A DNA stretch of 64,000 nt from Candidatus Micrarchaeota archaeon. Lineage in GTDB: Archaea; Micrarchaeota; Micrarchaeia; Anstonellales; Anstonellaceae. Positions 37,030 through 48,000 of the stretch are shown one piece after another. The stretch is taken from the NCBI GenBank assembly GCA_964581105.1, contig CAZOMB010000001.1, positions 79,730 to 143,729 of the forward strand. The letters are read 5' to 3'. A program made the translations under genes and the position numbers. The stretch's first letter is position 1, and the number at the start of each line of letters is the position of its first letter. The notes below the pieces were generated by a model. That model was not told the origin of the DNA, did no database searches, and worked only from the letters and a program-made list of their open reading frames with translations.

Positions 37030-37383
37030 TTATTTTATTATCACGAAATCCTTGCCTGTCGGGCTCTTTTTTGCAGCCTCAACAATTGAAATCGCCTTCC
37101 CGCCTGCAGACTCAACCATCTTTTTTGCTGATTCTGAAAACGAAAGAGCTGCAATTGTAATCTTTTCCTTAAGCAAGCCTGCCCCAAGGACCTTGTCAGG
37201 CACAACAATGGTTGAGCCGGCTTTTGCATATTTGGCAATCCTGCTCAGGTTTACCCCTGGCTTTTTCCTGGCAGATGAACAAACAAGCTCAATTACCCTT
37301 TTCCAGAAGGGCGCTTTTCTTGCCTGGGCTGGCATACTTGCAAGGACTTTGATTGCTTTTGGAGAATATTTTTTCTTTGCCAT
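37030..37383 (-). CDS. rpl18e: 50S ribosomal protein L18e (eL18)
   Basis: ..VVPDKVLGAGLLKEKITIAALSFSESAKKMVESAGGKAISI.. matches eL18; in the conserved position between rpoD and rpl13. Confidence 0.8.
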   Translation of the reverse strand: MAKKKYSPKAIKVLASMPAQARKAPFWKRVIELVCSSARKKPGVNLSRIAKYAKAGSTIVVPDKVLGAGLLKEKITIAALSFSESAKKMVESAGGKAISIVEAAKKSPTGKDFVIIK

Positions 37384-37405
37384 TTTCTACACCTTGTTAG
37401 GAAAA

Positions 37406-37538
37406 TGTGGGGGAAGGGATTTTTAGGCAACGATTTTTGGTGGAGCTTTTTAGGCACCCAAAAAAGGTCCGAACCCTCGAAGCCCTAAGGCACCAACCCC
37501 TCAAGCTGGCGCATTTGACCTAGCTCTGCCACCCCCAC
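37406..37538 (-). tRNA. tRNA-Leu (anticodon GAG) with a ~48-nt T-loop intron
   Basis: GUGGGGG-UG-GCA-GAGCUAGGUCAAA-UGC-G-CCAGC-UUGAGGG-GUUGG-UGCCUUAGGGCUUC-GAGGG-UUCG[GACCUUUUUUGGGUGCCUAAAAAGCUCCACCAAAAAUCGUUGCCUAAA]AAU-CCCUU-CCCCCAC-A. Confidence 0.65.
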
Positions 37539-37570
37539 GCATCCGCATGAATTATTCATCAACCCCATAT

Positions 37571-38155
37571 TTATTTCTTGATTTCTGACAGCTGCTTTTC
37601 AAGCTCATTGCACCTTTCAATCACTATGTCTGCTGCGTGAGAAAGGAACTTTTTTGGCTCAAGCTGCATGAATGACTCGACTTTGAACTTGAATTCGTTT
37701 GGCTTGAGAATTTCATAGGAAATAAGGCCTGGCTGGAATTTTGCATGCTTTCTTCCAATCCCCATTCTTGCCTTTGCCTCAAGCCTGACATTCTGGCCTT
37801 CAAGAAGCTTGAGAAGTGGAATGTCTGCAAGGGCAGACTTTATCTTTGAGTCATTGCTCTTGAGCTGCTTTGAGTATATTGTTCCTGGGCCTTGCGCATC
37901 AAGAGTGAATGCTATCTCATCTGATTGCCTTGCTGAGTCTGAAGCCAAAGGAATCTGGCCAAGCCTGTGTGCCAGGTACTCGTCAAACATTGAGGAGCTG
38001 TTCTCATAAAAGGTCACATTGTCAATTGCAAATACAGGGACCTTGCCTATGCCATACCTTCTTATCAAATTGGCAAACGCAGCAGGGGCCCCTTTGAGCC
38101 TGAACTCGAGCCTGTTTTTCTTTTCAAGAGACATTTCAATATCCATAAAAACCAC
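37571..38155 (-). CDS. rpoD: DNA-directed RNA polymerase subunit D (RpoD/Rpb3)
   Basis: ..RLEFRLKGAPAAFANLIRRYGIGKVPVFAIDNVTFYENSS.. has the RpoD N-terminal signature. In the conserved rps11-rpoD-rpl18e order. The true start may be the internal MSLEKK. Confidence 0.8.
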   Translation of the reverse strand: MVFMDIEMSLEKKNRLEFRLKGAPAAFANLIRRYGIGKVPVFAIDNVTFYENSSSMFDEYLAHRLGQIPLASDSARQSDEIAFTLDAQGPGTIYSKQLKSNDSKIKSALADIPLLKLLEGQNVRLEAKARMGIGRKHAKFQPGLISYEILKPNEFKFKVESFMQLEPKKFLSHAADIVIERCNELEKQLSEIKK

Positions 38156-38167
38156 CTGGCAGGTTCT

Positions 38168-38887
38168 TCAGACCCGCCTGCCTCTCCTTCCGCCTGCCTT
38201 TTTGGTTGTGTCAGTCGGAATTGGCGTAACATCCTCAATTTTTCCTATCCTAAGCCCAAGCCTTGCAAGAGAGCGGACAACTGCCTGTGCTCCTGAGCCA
38301 GGGCTCTTTGCCCCATTGCCCCCAGGTGCGCGTATCCTTATGTGCAATCCGGTTATTCCCCTGTTCTTTGCCTCGTTTGCTACTTTTGCTGCTGCTTGCA
38401 TTGCTGCGTATGGCTTTCCTTCTTCCCTGTCAGCCTTTACAATCATTCCACCTGATGCTTTTGCAATTGTTTCTGCCCCTGACATGTCTGTTACTGTGAT
38501 TATTGTGTCATTTTTTGATGAGAACACATGGCACACTGCCCACTTGTATTCGCGCTTAAATCTCCTGGGTGGAACTGCGGTGGTTGCAGCTGGCTTTGTT
38601 GCTGCTGGTTTTTGTTCCACTTTCTGTGCTGGAGGTTTTTGCCCTGGTTTTGCTGCTGGTTTTTTCTCATCTGGCTTTTGCTCCTTTTTTTGCTCTGGTT
38701 TTGGTTCTGGCTTTGTTGCCACTGGCTTTGGTAATGGTTTTTTCTCTGACTTTTGCTCTGGCTTAGAGTGTTCCTTTTTTTCAGCTGGCTTTTGGTGCTC
38801 CTTTTTTGGCTCTGGCTTTGGCTCATGCTTTGGCTTTTTCTCATCTTTTTTCTTTTCAATTGGTTTTTCTGCCACCATAATCACCAT
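38168..38887 (-). CDS. rps11: 30S ribosomal protein S11 (uS11) with ~100-aa Lys/Pro/Glu-rich N-terminal extension
   Basis: C-terminal core ..[63 protein letters not shown].. The N-terminus reads [29 protein letters not shown]... Confidence 0.85.
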   Translation of the reverse strand: MVIMVAEKPIEKKKDEKKPKHEPKPEPKKEHQKPAEKKEHSKPEQKSEKKPLPKPVATKPEPKPEQKKEQKPDEKKPAAKPGQKPPAQKVEQKPAATKPAATTAVPPRRFKREYKWAVCHVFSSKNDTIITVTDMSGAETIAKASGGMIVKADREEGKPYAAMQAAAKVANEAKNRGITGLHIRIRAPGGNGAKSPGSGAQAVVRSLARLGLRIGKIEDVTPIPTDTTKKAGGRRGRRV

Positions 38888-39486
38888 TAGCCTGCTGCTT
38901 GTGGAGCCTTTGCATCAGGAACAACAGCCTCTTCCTTTTTCTTCTCTTGCTTTTTTGGCTCCTCTTTGCTTTCTGCTTCTGGAGCAGCAGGCTTTTCTTC
39001 ATGAACTGAAATGTCAATTGGTTTTCTGTGTGAAATTTCCTTCTCCTCATCAACCTTGACCAAATAGCTTGGCACTGTCACTTTCTTGCCTTTTACTGAT
39101 ATGAAACCATGGGTAATGAGCTGCCTTGCCTGCCTTGGGGTCCTTGCAAGCCCTTTTTTCATTACAATTGTCTGCAGCCTTCTTTCAAGGAAGCTTTCAA
39201 CACTCAGTGAAAGAATGTCATCAACCTTTGCATCTGCAGAGATTATGCCCAGCCTTGCAAGCCTTGCCATAAGCGGCTTTGCCATTTCAATTCCCTCTTT
39301 GCCAAGGGAAAGGTATTTCATTGCGCCCCTTCTTGCCTTTTTGAGATCCTGCAAAGTCACCCAAATTTCTTTTGTGTTCTTCAATCCATATGCCACTGCA
39401 AGCTTTCTTTCGGTCTTTATCCTGTCAGCATCCCAGATTTTCCGGGGTGATTCGTACTTGTTCTTGAGTTTTCTCGGGTCTCCCAT
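38887..39486 (-). CDS. rps4: 30S ribosomal protein S4 (uS4) with acidic/basic C-terminal extension
   Basis: [42 protein letters not shown].. matches the archaeal uS4 N-terminus. An S4 domain follows, then the tail ..[24 protein letters not shown].. Confidence 0.85.
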   Translation of the reverse strand: MGDPRKLKNKYESPRKIWDADRIKTERKLAVAYGLKNTKEIWVTLQDLKKARRGAMKYLSLGKEGIEMAKPLMARLARLGIISADAKVDDILSLSVESFLERRLQTIVMKKGLARTPRQARQLITHGFISVKGKKVTVPSYLVKVDEEKEISHRKPIDISVHEEKPAAPEAESKEEPKKQEKKKEEAVVPDAKAPQAAG

Positions 39487-39491
39487 TCAAA

Positions 39492-40211
39492 TCACTTTTT
39501 TGGCTCTGGCTTTTTTTCAGCTGGCTTTGGGGCAGGCGCTGCTGCTTTTTTCTCTGGAGCTGGCTTTTCACCTGAAGCTGCTGCAGGCGCTGCTTCTGGG
39601 GCTGCCCTTCCTTTGCCGCCTTTTTCCTCTGCCTTGATTTCCTTTGCCTTTTCAAGCACTGCCTTTCTCAGAACGCCGACAGTCATTCCTGTCCTTCCTG
39701 TGCTCCTTGTCCTCTGGCCGCGAACCTTTTGGCCATACTGGTGCCTGTAGCCCCTCCATGTGTAAGCATCCTTTTCATGGTCAATGTCCTGCCTTACAGA
39801 AAAAACCAGGTCTGCGCCAATAAAGTGCTTGCTCTGGCCGGTCATAATGTCATTCTGCCTGTTGAACATCCATGAAGGAATCCCGTATTTGTCAGGGTTT
39901 TGCAAAATTCCCTCAAGCTTTGCTATCTGCTCCTCAGAAAGCTCTCCAACCATTGTCTTTTCATCTATTCCAAGCTGCTCGCAGGCAATCTTGGAAATCA
40001 CTCCGCCAAGGTTTATCCCTATTCCTTTTACAGAAGTGACTGCCCTTTTCAATGGGAATGAGCCCCTTAAGTCCCTTCCAGCAAGCCTTACAATGCCTTT
40101 TACTTCCTTTCCAGAGGCAGACACTATTGGCTTTGCTGCCTGTGGCTGCCTTTTTCCAGGGCCATGGCCTTTTTTGGTTTTTCCTTTTCCGAATTTTGGT
40201 TTTCCAGGCAT
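39492..40211 (-). CDS. rps13: 30S ribosomal protein S13 (uS13) with Lys/Pro/Ala-rich extensions
   Basis: ..IVRLAGRDLRGSFPLKRAVTSVKGIGINLGGVISKIACEQLGID.. is the uS13 core. The C-terminal tail reads ..EKPAPEKKAAAPAPKPAEKKPEPKK. Confidence 0.8.
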   Translation of the reverse strand: MPGKPKFGKGKTKKGHGPGKRQPQAAKPIVSASGKEVKGIVRLAGRDLRGSFPLKRAVTSVKGIGINLGGVISKIACEQLGIDEKTMVGELSEEQIAKLEGILQNPDKYGIPSWMFNRQNDIMTGQSKHFIGADLVFSVRQDIDHEKDAYTWRGYRHQYGQKVRGQRTRSTGRTGMTVGVLRKAVLEKAKEIKAEEKGGKGRAAPEAAPAAASGEKPAPEKKAAAPAPKPAEKKPEPKK

Positions 40212-40236
40212 GTTGAATCAACTTTTAATTGGGAAG

Positions 40237-40438
40237 CGCCGGGAATGGGATTTTTGGGCAAGAACCTTTTTCAGTTTTTGGTGAAGCTTTTTAGGCACCC
40301 CAAAAAAGGTTCTCCGAACCCATACGGCCTTGCGACCACATGCTTGCCGATATTTCACCTTTTCCGTCCACGCTTTTGCGCCGAAGGCGGAAAAGGGTGG
40401 TTCCAGGCATGCGCACTACCAGGTTATGCGACCCCGGC
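40237..40438 (-). tRNA. tRNA-Ser (anticodon GGA), type II, with two introns: ~57 nt at the canonical 37/38 position and ~52 nt in the T-loop
   Basis: GCCGGGG-UC-GCAU-AACCUGGUA-GUGC-G-CAUGC-CUGGAA[CCACCCUUUUCCGCCUUCGGCGCAAAAGCGUGGACGGAAAAGGUGAAAUAUCGGCA]A-GCAUG-UGGUCGCAAGGCCGU-AUGGG-UUCG[GAGAACCUUUUUUGGGGUGCCUAAAAAGCUUCACCAAAAACUGAAAAAGGUUCUUGCCCAAA]AAU-CCCAU-UCCCGGC-G. Confidence 0.55.
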
Positions 40439-40460
40439 ATTTTTCAAAAGTGCTTCCCAG

Positions 40461-41363
40461 TTACTTCCAGCTTTTTGGATATTTTCCTTGTTCCATAATT
40501 GTTGTTTCGGGCTTTGCAATTGCGCCCTTTTTCCTTTCTTTCATCTCCTCTGAGGGAATTTCGGCGCACCCAACGCCAATGAATTCCCCAATTTCAGTCA
40601 TAAATGCAACTTTGCCATTCTTTTTTATTCCCATGTCAAATGATACAAGGCCAGGCGCATAAAGCGCTGAGCCAGCGCACAAGGCACCAACAGCAGAGCC
40701 TGCAATCACAACCTTTGGGATGCCAAGCGCCTTTTCAGGAGGGATAAGCAATTCCCTTATTCTTGATTCATCCCCTTTCTCCTTTGCAAGCCACATTGCA
40801 TCAGATATCTTCTGAAGCATGTGTGATGATTGCTCAGGCATGCCCCCAACTGAGATTCTTCTCAGCTCAAGCATTTCTGCTTTGCCGCAGAACCTTCCGA
40901 ATTCTGAAACAAGCACGCGGACATAGGTCCCGGCTTCGCAGTGCACCTCGAAAAGTACCCTGTTGGGCTTTATTTGGATGAGCTTAATATAATAAACCTT
41001 TCTCTTCCTTGGCTTTTTTGCAACTGCGCTTTGCTTCGGCGGAGTTTGGGTTATTGTGCCTGTGAATTGCCTGAAAATTGCCTTTATTTTCTTTTCGGTG
41101 ACTTTTTCGCCTGTTTTCATTAAGCACACGTACCTTTTGTCCCTTTTTGTAAGGTATGGGAGAAGCCTTGTTGCTTTCCCTATGCCTACTGGCAGCACCC
41201 CTGATACTTGTGGGTCAAGTGTTCCGCAGTGGCCTGACTTGTTTGCGCCAAGTATTTTTTTCACCCAGGAAGACACTTCATGCGAAGAGGGCCCCCTGGG
41301 CTTGTCAACTATCACAAAAGAGCATGAGAGCAAACTTTGAAGGGCTTTTTTGGATGGAAACAT
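40461..41363 (-). CDS. cbf5: tRNA/rRNA pseudouridine synthase Cbf5 (TruB family, H/ACA RNP catalytic subunit)
   Basis: TruB motifs VDKPRGPSSHEV and GHCGTLDPQVSGVLPV (catalytic Asp); C-terminal PUA-like region; 300 aa. Confidence 0.85.
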   Translation of the reverse strand: MFPSKKALQSLLSCSFVIVDKPRGPSSHEVSSWVKKILGANKSGHCGTLDPQVSGVLPVGIGKATRLLPYLTKRDKRYVCLMKTGEKVTEKKIKAIFRQFTGTITQTPPKQSAVAKKPRKRKVYYIKLIQIKPNRVLFEVHCEAGTYVRVLVSEFGRFCGKAEMLELRRISVGGMPEQSSHMLQKISDAMWLAKEKGDESRIRELLIPPEKALGIPKVVIAGSAVGALCAGSALYAPGLVSFDMGIKKNGKVAFMTEIGEFIGVGCAEIPSEEMKERKKGAIAKPETTIMEQGKYPKSWK

Positions 41364-41386
41364 GCAAAAGCACCAGGAATTAATGC

Positions 41387-42028
41387 TCAGTAGAGCTTTT
41401 TAGCATATTCTAGCTGGAGACGCAACAAATTATTTTTTATTTGAGTTGTTTCAGCAAGCCTCCCACCTGCTTTTAGCCATTCAAGACAGTTTTTGTTTAG
41501 GTAAAGGTCTGCAAACGAGCTTTCTACTCCGTTTGTGGCAACATGGAGAAAAAAGAGCGCTGTTGCAATGTCTTTTGAGGTTGCTGTCTTTGGCAGTTTA
41601 CCAGAGCCAAGAAGGTTAAGAAAAACAGTCTTAGTTTTCTCTGTCAATTTGATTCTGAAAAAATGTGAAAAGAATGCTGCCCCTAAAGCCCCTTTCTTGG
41701 AAAGGAAAAGGGTGCGGGAGTCTGGCTCAAAAGACGGCCTTGAAGAAGTCGATACATTCAACCCAAGGATCTGAGATACATTAGACAAATCTCTTACAGG
41801 CTTAAGTTCAGAAAGAGTTTTGCTGACAACCCTTTTTGATTCTGTTACTGGTTTTTCATATGTTATATATTCTCCAAGAAAGACCATTTTCCCTTTTTTA
41901 TATGTCTGTTTTTCCCTTAGCTCAATTGGAGAACTGGGGATTTTCTCAAGAAGCTTGTTTATGTTTGAAAACCTTGGATTTGATCTCACAAACTCGTGCA
42001 TTATCTGCTGTGTGATTACGTTTTTCAT
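41387..42028 (-). CDS. hypothetical protein (213 aa)
   Basis: ORF with coding-like composition; 4-nt overlap with the giant gene upstream; no motif recognised. Confidence 0.35.
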   Translation of the reverse strand: MKNVITQQIMHEFVRSNPRFSNINKLLEKIPSSPIELREKQTYKKGKMVFLGEYITYEKPVTESKRVVSKTLSELKPVRDLSNVSQILGLNVSTSSRPSFEPDSRTLFLSKKGALGAAFFSHFFRIKLTEKTKTVFLNLLGSGKLPKTATSKDIATALFFLHVATNGVESSFADLYLNKNCLEWLKAGGRLAETTQIKNNLLRLQLEYAKKLY

Positions 42029-45000
42029 TCAGATCCCCCCATCTGGCTTTTGACTCCTCTTGAAAAATCTTCCCATGCCTTTTCAGGGCTATTGCCTAAA
42101 CTCTCCCTAATCCTGCCCAAATGTTCCTCGCCCAGCAAATCCAACAATTCTTTCTCCTTAGAACTGAAATTCTTTCTCATTTGTCCCCATGATTGTTTGA
42201 AACTTGCTTCTATTAATTTCCACTCATCTGGGTTAATTCCTTTTGGTCCTTCTTTAAGCAGAAACAATTCCTCAAAATCTCTCAGATCATCATGGAAAAG
42301 CCCTGCCCCCTCATAATCAATTCTTGTAAGACTTCCGTCTTCCCTTATTAAATAATTATTTTGATGAGTATCATCAAGGCCAAATGCATCCTGATATGCC
42401 ATGCATTTGCTAATACTTTCAAGGTAAGCCTTTCTTTTTGGCCCTCCTTGCATTATGTCTTTGAGTTTTACTTTGCCATAACTTTCTGCTGTGTAAAATT
42501 TGCCAAGAGACATTCCATCTGCAACAGTTATTATGCTGTAATTTTCAAAAGGATAAATTGAATAATCCGAATCAAGTCCCATAAGCTTCATTGACTCCAA
42601 TGCATTTGCCTCTTTGGACAGTTCATCAAAGTCTCCAAATTTTACTATTGTTGTCTTTTCTCCTGTTAATGGTATTTCAAAAACAACAGAACCTCCATCC
42701 AGACGTTTTGCTGTCCTGCTAAAATCATATTGTGGTACCAAGCCTTTTGATTCCGGGAAAACAACATTAAGTTTTGAATTGATATCCGCAATTTGATTTG
42801 CCAATTGGTGGGGAAGATTGTTTGAAATCAGGTAATCCATGAAGTCATTTATTCCTTTGCCAGAATTCTCCAATGCCCAAGAATCAAAAGAAGTTTGAAG
42901 ACCATCCAATGACCATATTAGACCATCACCAGATATATTCTCATATTTTTCAAGGTAACTAATGGCATGTTCCTTAAAAGCTTCCAGTTCACTTTCTGGC
43001 AGCTCGAGGATTTTCCACCTCTTTTTCTTGCTATTGAGCCCTATATATAACGAACAATTTCCTTTTCCATCAGGAACAAATTCCATTAATGACATGGAGC
43101 CCCGGTCAAAGTTGAGCTCATTTAAGTCGTTCCCTTTCAGTGATTCTTTAATCCACCCGTCTTTTGGCTTGAACTCTATCCCAGTACTAACATTATAATG
43201 ATAAGTCTCATGCAAATCTCCGCTTGGCTCAAATTTGACCAGCTTTTTGCCCCTGTACTCTTTGAGCCTTTTTTCTATAGTTGCCCCTCTGTTGGTAATC
43301 CCCCCAACATTGCTGAATTTCTTTGGGAAGTAAAGCGAAAGATTGTTTTCAGATGCATAGTTATAGACTTCTTCCATAAGCCAGTCTGTTAGCTCAACCT
43401 GCTTCTGAGAAGAAAGCAAAGTTGAGCCATTGCCAAGGACTTTCTCTGAAGGGTCAACAGAGAGGATGATAAGCGATGGCTTGCCTTCCACCTCACGCAT
43501 CAGGAAAAGAACCCCCCCAGCAATCTCGTTGTTTTGGAACAAGGTTGCAGTGCATATGTCCGGCCTTGCAAGAGAATAGCCGGGGTTATCGCCCAAGCAG
43601 GTACCAGAGTAGCTTCCGAAGAAAGTGTTGAGAAGGGAGTTGTTTTTTCCGAAAACCAGTCGAAGTTCTCGCGTGACTGATTGCTGTTTTTGCGAAGACT
43701 CGATGATGCTTGCCCTGGCTTTGATAATCTGCTGGTAAGCCGGACTTTTTCTTACAGATGGGAGAAGGGCTGAAAGGCCGTTTTCATCAAGCACCTCTGA
43801 AAGAAAATTGTCAAACTCATTCAGAGTAACAAGAAGCTGAGTGTTTTCTGCCTTTGTGAGCTTGCCTCCCTGCACATAGGTTAAGAAAATATCCCTATTG
43901 CCAGAGCGCATGCAGGCATCCCAAACCATGCCTGACATGTCGCCAAGCTCACTGTTCTTCAAAGCCTGCCGCAAAGCCCCCTCTTCTGATTTGTCGACAA
44001 GGCTATCATCAAGTTTGAGGTTGCGCATCAGGCCCTTTTTGTCTTCCAAGCTTCCTTCCAAGAATATATTCAAGACTTTGTCATGCCCTTGCTTTATCAT
44101 TTGCATATAATTCTCTGCTGCAGCAGACTCCTTTGCCTCCAAGAGAGCTGTTCGAAGGCTGACATCTATGCTTTCAGAAAGAGACACATTGACTCCCTCT
44201 ACCTGAAATTTGAGCTGCACGACTTTTTTGGGGATATCAAAAACCAATCCATTTTCAAGCGCATCTGCGTACATTTCAAGAGCATCCTTGTACGCCCCTG
44301 CAATATCATGAGAGTTTACTTTCGGGCTGAAATGGGAACCAAACTTGTTCATTACTGCATAGATGTTTTTCTCAAAATCGCTTCCTTGAATTTTTCTGAG
44401 AAGGGGATCCATATATCTTCTCAAGTTTTCAGGTATTTCCTCCCCATTCATAAGCAGAAGCTTAAATTCATTGTTCTCTCGAGCTACTTTCATGCTGATG
44501 TTTGAAAAAGCCTTTTGAAGCTGCTTGTCTTTCAGACTGTGCAATATCTTTTCAGAACCCATAAGCTCTTCCATGAATATGCTATAGCCACTTCCATGCA
44601 GATTTTTGAGAAGCTGGGGCTGGGAAGAGAGCTTTTCTGTTATGAACTGGAGGAATTCACGTTTCTCAGGCATACCGACAAAATATTCATAGAAAGAGGA
44701 TAGGAACTCTGGCTGGGGGTTTTCCTTCATAAGGAAACTCTCCGACATCTCCAGCGCATCAATGAGCTTTGTGACATCAGGCCATACTGCATTTGAATGC
44801 ACTATTGAATTAAGGATTGTAGATGCTGAGAGTTCCTTGTGCGACCTGATGAATTTTTCCAATTGGCTTGCATCCATGCTGTGGAAATTTGATAGATATC
44901 CATCTGGATTAGAATCCATTTCATCAGAAACTCCCTTGTATTCGAGTATAAATTCATCGAAATTTTCAAGGATTCCTGTAGCTTCTGAATTGGGAGAGTT

Positions 45001-48000
45001 TTCCAGGATGCTGTTGAGCAGGGAGACGAACTTATAGTCTTCTGTTTCCCCAAGATAGGAGAAGTCATCTGCAAGATCGTGGAGCAGTTTTGCATAGTTC
45101 TGCAGCTCTTCATCACTCGCAGACTCGGCTATGAAAGAAAGATTAATGTCATTTATAAGCTTCATCTCTTTGTTAAGAATAGCCCCATCGACCTCAGATT
45201 TGGAAAGTCCTGATTTTTTTACAACATAATCTTTCACTTTTTGCACTGCTGGAGATTCAGACTCCCTGTACAGCTCGAACGTCCCACCGTGGGTCTTCGT
45301 GAACTTCTTGTCTATGAAGCCGTCCAGCTGCTCTTTGGCATTGTAAAGGCCTGGGATTTTTGCGTCAAGCCGGATGCCAAAGCCATTGAAGACTGTCGTT
45401 GTAAGGCTCTTTACCATTTCAGGATTCTGATTGCAAAGCTCGTAGAATTTCTGGTAGTCGCTTGCAGTAAGGCTGGACGCATTTTTTTCGGCATTTCTCA
45501 TTATGATTGAGTTGCTTCCGCATTTGATATATATCTTTACAAGCTTGTCGTTTTGCGCCAGCTTAAAGAGTCCCCTTGCATCGTTGTTTATCAGATAGGG
45601 GGCGATTTTGTGCAATATATAGTCTACTTCCGGTGCCCCTAATTTTTTGGCCTGGAACAGAAATAAAGCGCTTTGCCATGCATTTTCCATGGACAGAGTT
45701 CGGGGCTTGCCAGGAGTATAGCCTTTGTACAATTCAAGGAAGTTTTTCACGTGGCGCATGCCAAAGAGCTCTTTGTTGTCTTGGCCTATTAGCCCTTGTA
45801 TATATCGCTCGTTTTTAACCACGCCAGCAACCAGAATGTTCATCCCAATTTCTTTGTTGGCTTCAACAAATGACTGCAGTCTTGTTACTCCAGACAAAAT
45901 CTGTGGCGAGGTAAACTGTCGAATATATGGCTCTATATTCTCATAAGTTTTCTTGTACTCGTTTGGCTTGTTAACTGAAGCGATTACTTCCTGAATTGTT
46001 TTTTCCCTGATTGTCTGGCTCTTGTTCAGAAAATTATGAACATCTGCAAAGGTCATTGGTTCTGTATTGCGCAGTTCGAGTGCAATTCCAGCGTCAACGT
46101 TCCTGCTTACAGCGATTATGAAAGTCTGCATCTGCTTGTTGAGTTTTGCCTGTTTGAAAAGCTCTGTGGAAACATTGCCTTGGTCAGGCTTTACCGAGTA
46201 AAGCTCTTGCTTGAATGACTCAGTAAAGCTATTTTTCATTGGTTTTTGAGTTCTGAGAACAGAGGAGGTGAAATCCCTTGGTGGGTTTTTAATTTTCAGC
46301 AATGGCTTCAGCTTTATCCTTGGCCCTATGTTTTCAATATACCACTTCTCCAGGAATTTTTGGACTTTTGGTGAGCCGTTTTTTGTCAATATATCTTTTG
46401 TTTTAATCAGCCCGTCAGTTGATTTTAGCTTCATGAATTGCTCTTCTGTTAATTTCATGAAGTTTGAATATCTTTCATACCCGACTATTGGACTGAATTC
46501 TTTTTGTGACATTATTTTTCCAAAATCCTTTACTGCCTTCTCAAGTGCTACTACTCTTGCCTTTGGGATTGTGATTCCTGGGTTTTCTAAAAGGGCAAGC
46601 TCATACTCAATGTTCAGAAGTTCATTAAACAGCCTCCTCATAAAAGTAGTCTTTGTAACTAAGCCCATGTTTTTGGCTATTTTTACATATGCTGACTCTG
46701 GAACCAAAATAAGAGAGAACATTGTATAGCCAAGAGTATTGAGGCCTTTGTTTTCAGCCTCATTTATCGCATGGACAATCTCATCCAGTTTACCTGTTTT
46801 CAATGATTCATCTATTGCTATGTCTGTGTCATAAAGGGGCACAAGAACATTAAGTCCTGGAACTATTGGAAGAACATATCTCATGGCAAAATCAGATATG
46901 TCTTCCTTTAATGTACTTTCAGTCTTTGGTAAGTTTGAGTCAGCTAATGAAGAAGGAGAAATAAGCTTCCAATAGCTGCCAATATCATAAACAAGTCCAT
47001 CATAACTTGTAAATTGCCTGTCCATAAGCTTTTTTGTCTTTAGAGGGTCTGCTGCTTCAATCAGGGATTCATAGACAGCTCTATTCTCTTTAAAGTATTT
47101 GCTAAGAACCGGGGAAAGGTTGTTGTCAGTAACAAAACTTGAGAGAATAAAATCCGCTTTTTCAAGTACAATGGAATTCATAACCTTTTGGCTGTCAATG
47201 TCTCTTTGCTCATATGGCTTAAGTTCATTGTTTGAGAAATACTTGATGTGCTCTGGATTGTTTTCATAGTGAAGCTCCATTGCTTCCTGTGACTCATAAA
47301 GGCATTTGCCAATAAGCTCAAGCACCTGCTGATTGGTTATTCCTGCTGGGAGCTTTCCCTCTTTGAGGATTTTCGAATATAAGTTGTCGATTTTTTTATT
47401 CTGCGTGTCTTGTTGCTCTTTTTCTTGCACAGGAGCTAGGACTTGCTCTCCAGAGGGAAGAGTAACTACCTGCCTTGGCGCTTGACCAGGATATTGGTTT
47501 TTCATATAATTTTTATAAGAATGGCTTTTCTTGAGTTTTTTTAGCTCTTTTTTCTGTTTTTGAATTCTTTTTCTTCTTTTTTTCTTGTATTTTGGCTCAT
47601 CATCATCAGCTCCTGCGCTTGTGCCTCCTTTTTCTTCTTTAGCATCAGTGAAAAAGCCGTCTGTTTTGGTTTTTTGCAGATTGCTTGCTGCTGTTGCTCC
47701 CTCCACAAATTCTACAAGGACCCCAATAGTTTTGCTGAAGTCTGGAATATTACTTTTGATAGGGATTTTGCTCGCTTTAAGGGCAGTTGCTATGTTTTGA
47801 TAATCTGGCTCAAATAACTGGTTTTCTGATAGGTGGATGAAATCCCTTTCAATTGCCTTTAGGGCTGTTTCTATTGTTTTAAGAGATGAACTAAAAGAAG
47901 GAAGATCTCCTTTAACAAGCTGTTTTTTTGCTTCAATTGCTTTTTGCCCAATCAAATTGAATTTTTCAATGGTTGGAAGGTTGCTTTGACCAACAAAGCC

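Noticed and set aside
38019-39059. 346-aa plus-strand ORF of low-complexity F/S/G/C-rich sequence (similar long plus-strand ORFs at 36614-37426, 54628-55251, 30089-30514 and 60861-61422)
   Set aside because: These are antisense to the Lys/Pro/Glu-rich tails of rps11/rps4, rpl13/rps9, rpl32e/rpl19e, the coiled-coil gene and rpl22. Repetitive AAG/GAA/CCA coding on one strand creates long stop-free antisense frames. The translations show no protein-like composition.
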